Assembly (NCBI RefSeq): GCF_004010195.1
Contig: NC_057711.1
Location: forward strand, 69,506,059-69,570,058
Source of the DNA: Chiloscyllium plagiosum
Taxonomy: Eukaryota
DNA: 64,000 nucleotides
Direction: 5' to 3'
Below the pieces are notes generated by a model. That model saw nothing but the letters and a program-made list of their open reading frames with translations, had not been told where the DNA came from and searched no databases. This document shows positions 39,127-50,798 of the stretch, piece by piece. The translations under genes were made by a program, and so were the position numbers. How positions within the stretch are numbered: position 1 is the stretch's first letter; each line of letters begins with the position of its first letter.

Positions 39127-40971
39127 GTGATGGAGAGGGATAAGTGTGCACTACAGGGCAAGAGTTATAGCTGGGGGCAGGGAAATTATGATGCGGTGAG
39201 GCATGACTTAGGATGTGTGGCTTGGAAAAGTAAGCTTCAAGGCAAGGGCGTAGTTGATATGTGGAGCTTGTTCAAGGAGCAACTAGAGAGTGTCCTTGAT
39301 AAGTATGTACCCATCAGGCAGGGAGGAAAGGGTCGTGTGAGGGAGCCGTGGTTTAATAAGGAATTGGAATCCCTTGTTAAATGGAAGAGGGCAGCCTATG
39401 TAAAGATGAGGCGTGAAGGTCCAATTGGGNNNNNNNNNNNNNNNNNNNNNNNNNNNNNNNNNNNNNNNNNNNNNNNNNNNNNNNNNNNNNNNNNNNNNNN
39501 NNNNNNNNNNNNNNNNNNNNNNNNNNNNNNNNNNNNNNNNNNNNNNNNNNNNNNNNNNNNNNNNNNNNNNNNNNNNNNNNNNNNNNNNNNNNNNNNNNNN
39601 NNNNNNNNNNNNNNNNNNNNNNNNNNNNNNNNNNNNNNNNNNNNNNNNNNNNNNNNNNNNNNNNNNNNNNNNNNNNNNNNNNNNNNNNNNNNNNNNNNNN
39701 NNNNNNNNNNNNNNNNNNNNNNNNNNNNNNNNNNNNNNNNNNNNNNNNNNNNNNNNNNNNNNNNNNNNNNNNNNNNNNNNNNNNNNNNNNNNNNNNNNNN
39801 NNNNNNNNNNNNNNNNNNNNNNNNNNNNNNNNNNNNNNNNNNNNNNNNNNNNNNNNNNNNNNNNNNNNNNNNNNNNNNNNNNNNNNNNNNNNNNNNNNNN
39901 NNNNNNNNNNNNNNNNNNNNNNNNNNNNNNNNNNNNNNNNNNNNNNNNNNNNNNNNNNNNNNNNNNNNNNNNNNNNNNNNNNNNNNNNNNNNNNNNNNNN
40001 NNNNNNNNNNNNNNNNNNNNNNNNNNNNNNNNNNNNNNNNNNNNNNNNNNNNNNNNNNNNNNNNNNNNNNNNNNNNNNNNNNNNNNNNNNNNNNNNNNNN
40101 NNNNNNNNNNNNNNNNNNNNNNNNNNNNNNNNNNNNNNNNNNNNNNNNNNNNNNNNNNNNNNNNNNNNNNNNNNNNNNNNNNNNNNNNNNNNNNNNNNNN
40201 NNNNNNNNNNNNNNNNNNNNNNNNNNNNNNNNNNNNNNNNNNNNNNNNNNNNNNNNNNNNNNNNNNNNNNNNNNNNNNNNNNNNNNNNNNNNNNNNNNNN
40301 NNNNNNNNNNNNNNNATCTTTGAAAGTTGCCACCTAGGTAAATAGTGCGGTGAAGAAGGCATATGGCGTACTGGCTTTTATTGGTAGAGGAATTGAGTTC
40401 CGGAGTACTGAGGTCATGTTTCAGTTGTATAAGACTCTGGTGCGTCCGCATCTGGAGTATTGTGTGCAGTTTTGGTCGCTATACTATAGGAAGGATGTGG
40501 AGGCACTGGAACTGGTGCAGAAGATGTTTACCAGGATGTTGCCTGGTATGGTAGAAAGATCGTATGAGGAAAGGGTGAGGCACTTGGGGTTGTTTTCATT
40601 GGAGAAAAGAAGGTTTAGGGGTGACTTGATAGAGGTGTACAAGATGATTAGGGGTTTAGATAGGGTCGACAGTGAGAATCTTTTTCCACGTATGGAGTCA
40701 GCTATTACGAGGGGGCATAGCTTTAAATTAAGGGGTGGTAGGTATAGGACAGATGTTAGGGGTAGGTTCTTTACTCAGTGAGTCGTGAGTTCGTGGAATG
40801 CCCTGCCAGTAGCAGTGGTGGACTCTCCCTCATTATGGGCATTTAAGCGGGCATTGGATAGGCATATGGAGGATAGTGGGCTAGTGTAGGTTAGGTGGGC
40901 TTGGATTGGCGCAACATCGAGGGCCGAAGGGCCTGTACTGCGCTGTATTCTTCTATGTTCTATGTTCTATG
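39127..40971 (+). mobile_element. Young 5'-truncated CR1 LINE nested in L1
   Basis: Nearly intact ORF2 segments (LVRPHLEYCVQFWS, RGDLIEVYKMIRGLDRVD) and an (ttctatg)n tail; N gap 39430-40315. Confidence 0.95.
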
Positions 40972-41395
40972 TGCTATGTTCTCTCAAAGATGGTGGTAGG
41001 TATTCATGCATATAGGGGTGTTTGTACATCTCCAACATTGGCCCTGACAGAATCCCTATAAATTCTTTATGAAACTCACCCGGGAGACTATCAGGGCCAG
41101 GTGCTTTCCCACTCTGAAGTTGCTTAGTTGCCTCCTGTATTTTCTGAACTGTCAAGGGGACATTAAGGAGAGAGGCCTGTTCCAAGGTTACCCCTGGGAG
41201 GTCCAGGTACTTAAAAAAGACTTCAATTTTAGCCCTCGTGGCCTCACAACCTTCAGACCAATACAATTCAGAGTAAAAGCTCCGAAAAACCTCATTAATC
41301 ATTTTAACATCGTATGTAAGGACCCCGGCACTGTCTCTGAGCGCAGTAATGGATTGGGGAGCATGCTTTTTCCTACTAAGGTACGCTAAATACTT

Positions 41396-41553
41396 AGCTG
41401 AAAATGTGTTGCTGGAAAAGCGCAGCAGGTCAGGCAGCATCCAAGGAACAGGAGAATCGACGTTTCGGGCATAAGCCCTTCTTCAGGAATCCTGCTTTTC
41501 CAGCAATACATTTTCAGCTCTGATCTCCAGCATCTGCAGTCCTCACTTTCTCC
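41396..41553. mobile_element. Foldback Penelope mini-element with intact hammerhead core, nested in L1
   Basis: Minus strand ttcCTGAAGAagggcttatgcccGAAAcgTCga. TSD acgctaaata(c/t)tt at 41383-41395 and 41554-41566. Confidence 0.85.
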
Positions 41554-41869
41554 ACGCTAAATATTTACCTGGCCTATCCCCTTACTTGAACAGCCTTTGT
41601 CTAGCAAAAGCAAGTTCTTTCTTTGCGTTTTGTGTCAGCATTGAATTCAAGGGAGCCCAGAGGGCTGTGATCAGCTGTAGCTCAGTCAATGAAAGCCACG
41701 CAAAATGTGCCGCCTTGGCGGCTTTCAACCGCGTCTCGAGTAGATGCTGCTGTTCCTCCTTCTGTCATTTCCGGCTAGCCGAATAGGAAATAGCTAATCC
41801 TGTAGCAAAGGCCTTAGTGGTCTCCCATAGCATAGACAGACTACTAGCCATGGCTGAGTTGATAGTCAG

Positions 41870-41917
41870 TTGAAACTTTATTGCTGGAACAGCACAGCAG
41901 GTCAGGCAGCATCCAGG
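41870..41917. mobile_element. 48-bp pLTR fragment with 12-bp TSD, nested in L1
   Basis: TSD gttgatagtcag at 41858-41869 and 41918-41929; insert contains cagcaggtcaggcagcatcc. Confidence 0.8.
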
Positions 41918-43299
41918 GTTGATAGTCAGGAATTCCTGAAACTCCCTCAAAAAGCATTCCACAAGTTTGGAATCCTTAAGCAGAAAAGGGTCCAAATGCC
42001 AGTACCGCAAACCTAGCCCCTCATTCTTGGCATGATCAGAGACAGTTATATTCCCAATTTTACAACCCATAATCGAATCCAGAAGGGCTGAGGGAGCCAG
42101 AAAAAGATCAATCCTCGTGTGACATTTACATGAGTTTGAAAAAAAGATGAAGTCCCTGCTGGTAGTGTGAAGACAGCTCCAAATATTCGCCAGCCCCAAC
42201 TCCTCGTATAAGTCAACCACCTGCTTGGCCTACGAAGAAATAGTTGGGGCCCCACAGGACATCCTGTCCACTGTCGGATCCAAAAGACAATTAAAATCCT
42301 CCCCCATAATAATGTGTTCCAGAAAGCACTGATCAAAAGTTTGAGGGGATGCGCCATAGGAGAGTAGACATTTAAAATGCCATATTCCTCCCCATGTATC
42401 AGGGCTTTAAGTATCACAAACCATCCCTGCTCATCATTCACCTGTTCTAATAATGTGAAAGAAAGATATTTCGGGATAAGTACCGCCAGTCCCCTACTTT
42501 TAGTAGTAAAAGATGATAAGAATACCCGGTCATAACCCTTCTGTTGTAATTTCAGGTTTTCCCTATCATCAAGATGGGTTTCCTGCAACAAAGCGATATC
42601 AACCCATTCCCTCTTAAGGCTAGAAAGTACTTTTTTACTTTTAACAGGCGAATAACTTCCCTTGATGTTCCAGATGCACCATTTAATAAGACACTTAGCT
42701 GTATCCCCTTTCAGAAACTCTTGAACCCCTGGGAGGGAGAACCCTGCTTACAACCCTGCCGAGCACAAGTAAATAAAGACTCAGAGTTGAAGGATTATAT
42801 ATACAAAAACTACTCTATCATAATTATAAACAACTGTTACTACCAAAGAACTACAAAGAAAACCAACTATAAAACCCTGAATGGAAAACTCTTACCCCTG
42901 TCCACAGGGGACACTCATCCTACCTATCCCCTCCTTCACATCTCCTTCAAACCCGGACTGTGCCCCAGCCTTAGGCCAGAAAAAAAAAGATGACCCTTAA
43001 ATCAACAGAAAAAAGACAAAGTCAGGATGAGTACTCCACCCATCTCTGGCTTCATGTCACGCCTACTTGTGACTAAAAGAAACAGAAAATAAACAAACAA
43101 AAACAAGGGAGAGAGATAACAAAGAACATCACAAAATTTCCCACCAGAAAATCCAGTTATTAAAAAAAGGAACAACTTATTCCAAGTATTCGCCCCCCCT
43201 TCTCCAAAAAAGTAATTAAGGAGAAAGAAAGGAATAAAAAAATAGGGAAAACATGGGGAAAGAAGAGGAGAATGATCATTAACCATATTCTTCAGGCCA

Positions 43300-44222
43300 G
43301 TCCTTCTATTTTAAAGTGACTACAAAGTTTTTAAACTTTATCCGCTGAGTCAAATGAATAAACTGAGTCCTCGAGGCTGAAACGGAGCACTGCAGGGTAT
43401 CTCATGGAGTACTGGATGCCCAGATTCCTCAGCAACAATAGGAAGGGTTTGGAGGGATATCTGGTCGGCATGGACGGGTTGGACCGAGGGGTCTATTTCC
43501 ATGCTGTACATCTCTATGATTCTATAGAGGACTTCCTCTTTCGAATTAAAGCTGCCAAGAAATCCTGGAAAAACATGATTTTTGACCCCTTGTACAGCAG
43601 CGCCTACGGATCATTTCCCAGTAATTTAGAAGCTTCCGTCACTTTTTGCTTGTCCTCATATGAGTGGAAGTGCACTAGAACCGGCAGGGGCGCTGAACCG
43701 GCCCTGACCTGTGCACTGTAACCTGATAAGCCCTTTCAATCTGCAGCTTGCTGGACTCGATGTGAAGGCCCAAAAGCTTTGGCAGCCAGCTTTCAAAGAA
43801 GCCGACTGGCTGTTCACCTTCAGGGAGCCCGACAATTCGGAGATTTATCCTCCGACTTCGATTTTCGAGGTCATCAATATGGTCTCGCAAGACCCATACC
43901 TCTTACTCCAGCATCTGGAACCAAATAGATGAGAACTCCATCGCAGCTTCCGAAGCCTTAGTTCGACCCTCCACCTCCTCCAACCGCTCCCTGATGCTTC
44001 TGCAGCATGGACGCAATAGGTTGGACCTGGGCACGAATCTCCCCTTGGATCTCCTCAACCGCAGCCCCAACTTTCAAGGTAAGTCTGTCCATCGCTGCAG
44101 CCAATTCCTGTGAGTGTCAGGTTCCCGGGGGGTTCAGGAGAGGCTGCTGCAGCCCCTGGTGTGGTAGGTGCCGTAGGGGAATGTCCTCCCTGCTGCTGTT
44201 TGCTCAATCCTTTTCCCTTTGG
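43300..44222 (-). pseudogene. L1 ORF1p (transposase_22-like), disrupted
   Basis: MPKGKGLSKQQQ...; RDHIDDLENRSRRINLRIVGLPEGEQPVGFFESWLPKLL...IERAY; frameshifts and a small CR1 tail inserted at ~43436-43526. Confidence 0.85.
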
Positions 44223-44882
44223 CATTCTTCCCACTCCCAAATATTAACAAATATGTGTTCTGTAAGGTTTTAAACTAATAATTCCACCACATAAGCTGGC
44301 CAGGGCTGGCAAAAAATATCAATATGCCTTGGCTGTTAGGCAGAGCTGTCCACAGCAGTTCTACAGAATCGCTGCCATCTTGCCGAGTCGTTGTGTGATT
44401 TTTAACTTTGTACACCCCAGTCCAACACTGGCACCTCCAAATCATGACTACCATCGACACCATTAACTGCCGGTACAAAGTAGAGAGGATCTCCTAGAAG
44501 TTCATGCATATCGACACAGACATCAAGTTTCTACAGACATGCAGGAAAGCAGAAAAGATCCCAAAAGGATTACAGATCACGAACCCACTCAGGTCGGCCT
44601 ACAACAACGACTACGCTGAGAGACTTTGCCACCGCACCTCTCGCAAACTCCTCAATCATCTACAACACCATGACACTGTAAGCCTTTTGCTATAAATTCT
44701 ATGTCATTTTGGTCATGTTCCACAACCAGCTGATGAAGAGGCAGCACTTTGAAAGCTAGTGCTTCCAAATAAACCTATTAGACTATAACCTAGTGTTGTG
44801 TGATTTTTTAACTTTGTCCACCCAGTCCAACACCGGCACATCCAAATCAAAACAGTTCTGATTAGACACAGTATTGTGATGT

Positions 44883-45081
44883 AGGAGAAAGTGAGGACTG
44901 CAGATGCTGGAGATCAGAGCTGAAAAATGTGTTGATGGAAAAGCGCAGCAGGTCAGGCAGCATCAAAGGAGCAGGAGAATTGACTTTTCCTGAAGAAGAG
45001 CTTATGCCCGAAACGTCGATTCTCCTGCTACTTTGATGCTGCCTGACCTGCTGCACTTTTCCAGCAACACACATTTTTCAG
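44883..45081. mobile_element. Foldback Penelope mini-element with hammerhead core
   Basis: Inverted arms around cctgaagaagagcttatgcccgaaacgtcg. TSD caca(g/a)tattgtgatgt at 44867-44882 and 45082-45097. Confidence 0.85.
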
Positions 45082-45203
45082 CACAATATTGTGATGTGGC
45101 AAGAATTGATTGTTTTCAGTTTTCCTTCAACAAAAAAGATGCAATTGCTGCAAATATTAGTTTTGCCTAGAAAGAACAAGGACCAATGTCTAATATGTTA
45201 AAA

Positions 45204-46560
45204 ATTCACTCACAGGATGTGAGCATCACTGGCTGGCCAGCATTTATTGCCCATACCTAATTGCCCTTGAGAAGGTGATGGTGAGTTGCTTTCTTGAATT
45301 GCCAGAGTCCACTTTGTGTAGATACATCCAAGATGCCAGGGAGTGAATTCCAGGATTTTCGAGCAAGCAATATTGATGGAACTGCGATATATTTCCAGGT
45401 CAGGATGGTGAGTGGCTTGGAGGGAACTTGCGGGAGGTGGTGCTTCTCTACCTTTCCAGATGATAGTGGTCTTGGTCTGGAACATGCTGTCTAAGAAGCC
45501 TTCATAAATTTGAGCAGTGCATCTTGTCAATGGAATGTACTGCTGCTGCTGAATATCTGTGGTCGAGGGAGTGAATGTTTGTTCATACAGTGCCAATCAA
45601 ATGGCTGCTTTGTCCTGGACAGTGTCAAGCACCCTGGAGTGTTGTTGGGGATGCACCAATACAAGCAAATGGGGAGTATTCCATCATACTCCTGACTTGT
45701 GCCTTGCAGATGCTGGACATGTTTTGGGGACTCAGGAAGTGAGTTACTTACTGCAGGATTCCTAGCCTCTGACCAGCTTTTGCACTTGTGTATGCTACAA
45801 AAAATGTTCTCAAAAAACTAAGCAAAGGTTAATCAAACATTATTTCACGATCATAAATCCATTTGACTCTGCCAAAATCTACTACTTTTTAAACTTTATT
45901 TTCCTGTGTTTTACACTTAAGTAACATTAAAGTAGTTTTCTAACTATTCTGGTTCTGTTTCTGGTTGCTAATAACCCTCAGGGAACTGGCAGTGAGGTTT
46001 CAGTGATGGTGATACCATTAAATGTCAAAGGGCTGATGGTTAAATTCTTTCTTTTTGAAAATGCCCATTGCCTGGCATTTGTGTACAGTGAATGTTACTT
46101 GCTACTTGTCAGCCAAAGCTGGATATTGTCTGCATCTTGTTGAATTTGGACATGGACTCTGAGGAATTACAAATTGTGCTGAACTTTTTGTAGTCATCAG
46201 TGAATACCCCCACTTCTAACCTTATGATGAAAGTCATGTCATTGATGAAGCAGCTGAAAATTGTCGGGCCTCAACAGAGATGTGTTGGAGCAAATATGAC
46301 TAACCTCCAACCATCACAAACGTCTTCTTTTGTGCTAGGTATGACTTACCAGTTGAGACCTTTCCCCTAATTCCCATTGACTGCAGTTTTGTCAGAGATC
46401 CTTGATGTCACACTTGGTCAAATGTAGCCTTAATTTCAAGGACTGTCACTCTCACCTCATCTCTGGACTTCAGTGCTTTTGTCTATTTTTGCCCAAAGCT
46501 GTAATGAGGTGAGGAGCTAAGTGGCTCAGGTAGAACCCAAACTGAGTAGTTTTCGATAAG
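45204..46560 (-). mobile_element. L2/CR1-group LINE 3' part (degraded)
   Basis: Minus-strand remnants ACSKILEFTP and QATHHPDLEIYR, RT-like pieces near 46200-46480, and a 3' end shared with the SINE at 6826. Confidence 0.7.
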
Positions 46561-47104
46561 CAAGTGTGGGTAATGTAGCTTAGGTGTTCCTCTGGTATGC
46601 TCAAATAAATACACTGTGAATCTGACTGAACCATTGAGGGTGCAGAGAGATTTACCAGAATTCTTGCAAGGATGAGGGATTTTAGCAATTAATTTATGAT
46701 TTGATAAAGTACAAAATTAAGCCATGTTTAGTTGAGATGGATAAAACCTGTTTCTGTTTCCTGAGGGACTAGGACTACGGGAGAATGCTTTAAGGTTTTG
46801 CAGTGGGGAATGTGAGGAAGAGTCTTTTTACACAGCAAATAGTAATTGCCTGAAATTTACTTCCTTAGAAATAGAGGGTGGAAATGAAGACTATGTATGA
46901 TTTTGAAGGAAATATTTGATGGTGTCTGATGGAGATACATTTGTTGGGCTCAAGGATGAAATGAAATTGCCTACAGATAATCAACATAAGAGTTAATGAT
47001 CTGAATGTCCTCCTACAGTGCTGTAAATGCTTCAATGGTGATCACTATGTTGAATGAGATAAGCTCAGAACTGATCCACCAGCACAAATTTGGCATCTAT
47101 GAAA

Positions 47105-47146
47105 TGCTTCTGTTAACATACATGCTTTAGTATGTTAACAGAAGCA
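47105..47146. repeat. Perfect 17-bp palindrome with 8-nt loop
   Basis: tgcttctgttaacatac-atgcttta-gtatgttaacagaagca. Confidence 0.95.
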
Positions 47147-47282
47147 GAATCGTATTTGACCACAACTACTACCTCATGTCCTGACATTTTCTCACACTCA
47201 GAAAATAAAATGGTAAAATGGTTAAAAATGGTAAACTTAGGCAGAGTCAACATGGATTTATCAAAATGAAATTATATTTGAC

Positions 47283-47437
47283 CAGCCTGGAGATTTCATC
47301 CTGGTAAAGAACTGGGACTGAAAGAAGCTGGAACCCAGGTGGAAAGGCCCATTTCAGGTGCTGTGAACCATCCCCATGGCAGTGAAGGTGCAAGGCCAAT
47401 CTCAGTGGATCCACAGAACCGACTGCGAGAGAGTCAG
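47283..47437 (+). pseudogene. ERV integrase C-terminal (GPF/Y) segment, inverted
   Basis: QPGDFILVKNWD*KKLEPRWKGPFQVL*TIPMAVKVQGQSQWIHRTDC. Confidence 0.85.
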
Positions 47438-47796
47438 TGTAGGAACTGAGAGAAGATGATGTATTCCACTTGTGACTTTGGTGACTTTGGGGGAAACTGA
47501 CACACCTATATATAACACATTTTTGCACCTGGCCTACCAGATGGCCTGTGTGATGGGGAGAGACATTCACTGCTGGGTATGTGTCCACGTGCCACCCCAC
47601 TCGGTGGAGGGGGGGGGGGGGTGATGCCTAGTAGATCATAGAATGATCAAGAGTAGGGAATGATGAAGTTTATGAACTCCAAAAAGTAAAATGTTCTGTT
47701 TCACTGGCTTAGCCTAGTGCAAGGAGGCAGTGAGAGTTCAAGGGTTAAAGGTGCCTTATTGGAATGATTCTCTATGTATTCAACTGTATGCTCAGC

Positions 47797-48546
47797 AGAC
47801 CTGTGAATGCAAACTTTGAAGAGTTTTGGTTAATTTCTGCATGTATTTCCCCATCTCCTCCCCAAGAGTGTTCATGTCTAACCTCTCAGAGAGGGGAGGT
47901 CAAATTATCCCTGGTCCCCATGGGGTCCTCATAGGCTTCCCATAAACCAGCATGGTCGGAGACAGGCCAGTTTTACCTGAAGGAGTGACCCTCATGTGGA
48001 ACAAGGCTAAGGGTAGGACCTTTAACTAGTTTAGGCCTGTTTCCTGGCTTAGCTTGGTCAATCTATTCTTCAAGGTGCCATTTGCTCGCTCCACCACCCC
48101 AGTTGCCTTTGGATGATGGACCTCTTTATTAATGTTAACCGCAAAGTGTGGCCCTTTATCAGAACTTATTGTCTCGGGGAGTCCATAGCAGGGTGTTATT
48201 TCCCTGAATAATATTTTCACTGCTGTTGTGGCCATATTGTCTGTTGTCAGGATTGCCTCAATCCATCTGCTGAAGATATCAATTATCACCAAACAATACT
48301 TGTAGCATTGTACCTTAGGAAGCTCTATGAAATCTAATTGTAAACAATTGAAAGGCCCACCAGGCAAGGGGGTAGTTCCAGACCCAATAGCTGGAATCCC
48401 TTTTCTCTCACAATTTCCTGATCAAGGGTGGAATTGATTGCCCCCATATCGATCACAAAGAGGATAGGGATTCCAGTCACCCACAGGGTAATGTGAGATT
48501 CCTGCTGGGAAGATGTACTGACCACCGGGAAATTCTGGCCTGGAAG
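47797..48546 (-). pseudogene. pol: ERV pol remnant: protease N-terminus fused to integrase core
   Basis: HITLWVTGIPILFVIDMGAINSTL is joined at ~48410 to the region leading into PLPGGPFNCLQLDFIELP...; it ends LTKTLQSLHSQV. Confidence 0.85.
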
Positions 48547-50320
48547 TCAAGCAAAGGGGTTGTTAGAGGTGAAAGGGGTCCTGGGCGGCAGACCTGGTTG
48601 CAGGTTGTTGGACTCGGTGCGAAAGGGACATTCGGCTCTCCAGTGACCAGTCTTCCCGCAGTTGAAGCACACACCTGTCGTCTAACCGAGTTGGGGTTTT
48701 GGCCCTGCCTACCCCTCTTGCAAGGCATGTCAGGGGAACACCCCAGTTTCACCTCGCCAGGGTCCCCTTGGGGAAAGGCCATATGGCGGGGGCTGCTGAG
48801 CAGACATCTGTGGGATATTTTGTCCCCGGGGGTACCCTGGTCCCAGTGAGAATCAGCAGTACTTACAGAAGGCGCGTTGTGACTGTATGCTGTTGAAGAA
48901 ACTTCGTACATGGCTGAGTTCTAGAGCATGGCTTAGGGTCATTTTGGACATCCTGATGGTAGACAAGAACCCCTCTCATCTGCGCCCTGGTGTTGTCAGA
49001 CCAATCCATGTTGTTGGTACGAATCACGTTCGCAATAACCAAGGGGAGGCATCTCAAAAATCATAGAATTAAACAATGATGTCTTTAAAAGCATGGTCCC
49101 CAGCAAAGGTGCTATAACAAGCTACAAATCTGTCCCAAAAGTCCCCTCCAGACTCTCCTGGCTAAGGTCTGCAATCCACGACCTTACTGATATCGATGGG
49201 CTGTGTTCAGAGCATGCTGTAACAAATGGACAGTTTGGTTTGCTTGGGTATCCTCTTTAAATCTGTTGTTCAAATCGTCATATATGAGGGTTGGCTCTTT
49301 GTCGTTGCCCTCACCCATCTGCTCCTGCCACCTAGTGACTTCTTTGGGTGACAAGATCATACAACAAAGGACAAACAGGTTCCAGGAGAGTCACATTATA
49401 CATCTGAATCATGCGCTGAATGTACCGGGTGAATTGGGCGGGTTTATCTTTATGTTCTGGGGCCTGGTTCATGATCATAATCAGCTCTTACGGTTTCCAC
49501 GGGACATAGAGCCCAATAGTTAGCAGCTCGTTCTCCTCATCCGCCTTAGGATTCAGCATCTGTCTTATGAGGAGCATAGTTTTAGGGGTGACATGGAGGT
49601 GGTCGACTCCAGCGCAAAGCACACAGGGTGTAGCTGGTTTCCTGGGGGTCTTTAAACACAATCAGCTATATAGGTTGTTCTGATAGCTGGGCGCGGTGGT
49701 GGGGACAGAATTGTTAGGTGGTTCAGTGGAGGCTCCAACGTATTAGAGAAACATTCCCATTCTTCCACTACCTCAGTGTTATTCTCTTCCTCACCTAACA
49801 GGGTCGGTATGCCAGACCTGAGCTCAGGATCCCTAGAAGTGCTAAGATGCCCTGTAGCGCTGATGTTTTGACCCTTCCTGTTTATCATTGAGCGCTTTCA
49901 CTTCCTTACGGTGCGGCTCCTGCTCCCTGTTTTTATCTCTCATCGACCCATTCGCATTCTGCCTTCAACGCCTCCCAAGAATTGGGAGGCCCCTCCATTG
50001 TCAACACCTCTATTCCCCTGTCACAAGCATTATTTCTCCAGCTGGCTAGTAAGGTGTCCTGCCATTTACTATCAGCCTGCACCTTCCATTCCTTTATATA
50101 AGGGACTTCCATCTCTTCCCATAATTTTCCACCACCGCCTGCTCGCAGGAGTCCACGTTTCATGTTCTACCCAGGGGTCAGATCTTATCCCTTAATCGTT
50201 TGTGTAGTGCTGCACTTAATGCTCGTAAAGCATGTTCCAGCTGAAGCAGTCTCTCGCACATGCTCTGAGGGTGGGGGTGGGGGGGATCCTCTTTCCACCC
50301 GTATCCAGCAATTGTCCCAT
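48547..50320 (-). pseudogene. gag: ERV gag (disrupted)
   Basis: Candidate start MGQLLDTGG at 50320. MHR-like PIDISKVVDCRP*PGESGGDFWDRFVACY. Zinc knuckle CFNCGKTGHWRAEC, then TGA at 48549-48547. Confidence 0.8.
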
Positions 50321-50780
50321 GGTACCTTCCTACTCTAACAAATTCCCACCGGCCGGGTTAGGTCTGCGGGGTGAGAAATTTCAGCGGGCCTAACTTCTTA
50401 CCTTTCCCTGTTTTAATTTCCACTGGCCATACTCGCAAGAGGCAGCTCCCGTTTCCGAATCCATCAGGTAGTGGTGACCACTTCCCTGACCGGGGTCCCC
50501 AGTCCCAACCTTTTCCTCGGGAACAATACAGAGTAGCCAATGTCACCCTGCAGCAATTTACAGCAATGGGACAAACTGTTCCTACCTTACACGCTGGCTC
50601 CATGTGGTCCGTTCAGCCTCTTCAAGGTACTAGATCCACTGGGGCGAGGGGCAGACCATCTGGCCGAACACAAGGAGTGGTCCGGGGTAAAATACCCTGG
50701 GGTGCCCTTGCCACTCTGTTCTATCTGATGCAGACCTTCGAGTCGCTTACTCAACTCAGTGAGACATTCCCTATGTTGAG

Positions 50781-50798
50781 GGATAAGTCACGGCATCA
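50781..50798 (-). promoter_or_regulatory. Primer-binding site, tRNA-His type (degenerate)
   Basis: TGATGCCGTGACT versus the tRNA-His PBS TGGTGCCGTGACT (12/13). Confidence 0.65.

Larger units (their letters stand above)
35500..42700 (-). pseudogene. L1 ORF2p (AP endonuclease plus RT), disrupted
   Basis: Collinear ORF fragments 42046-42591, 41765-42220, 40967-41440, 38874-39161, 38222-38782, 37776-38225 and 37434-37766, each with L1 ORF2 motifs. Confidence 0.9.
35104..44389 (-). mobile_element. Full-length L1 LINE (degenerate) with 14-bp TSD and five nested insertions
   Basis: 5' end has CAAGATGGC (44375-44383). ORF1 has DDLENRSRRINLRIVGLPEG. ORF2 has an APE domain (LQETHL, TRIDLF, SDHA) and RT (YRPISLLNSDFKILSK, DQTGF, RQGCPLSPLLF, LYADH). 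A-tail/T-run at ~35100. TSD gttgtgtgattttt at 35090-35103 and 44390-44403, at a TTTT/AA site. Confidence 0.95.
34691..44849. mobile_element. Non-autonomous Penelope-derived unit (inverted copy plus partial tandem copy) interrupted by an L1; 11-bp outer TSD
   Basis: TSD aaacagttctg at 34680-34690 and 44850-44860. The same PLE N-terminal peptide (HIDTD.KF.QTCRKA.KIPKGLQITNPLRS) occurs at 34715-35020(-) and 44444-44695(+). Three hammerhead cores at ~34742(-), 35025(+) and 44730(+). Confidence 0.85.

Noticed and set aside
35791..40451. Long 230-400-aa ORFs in the track
   Set aside because: Artefacts of translating through N gaps (36140-36793 and 39430-40315).
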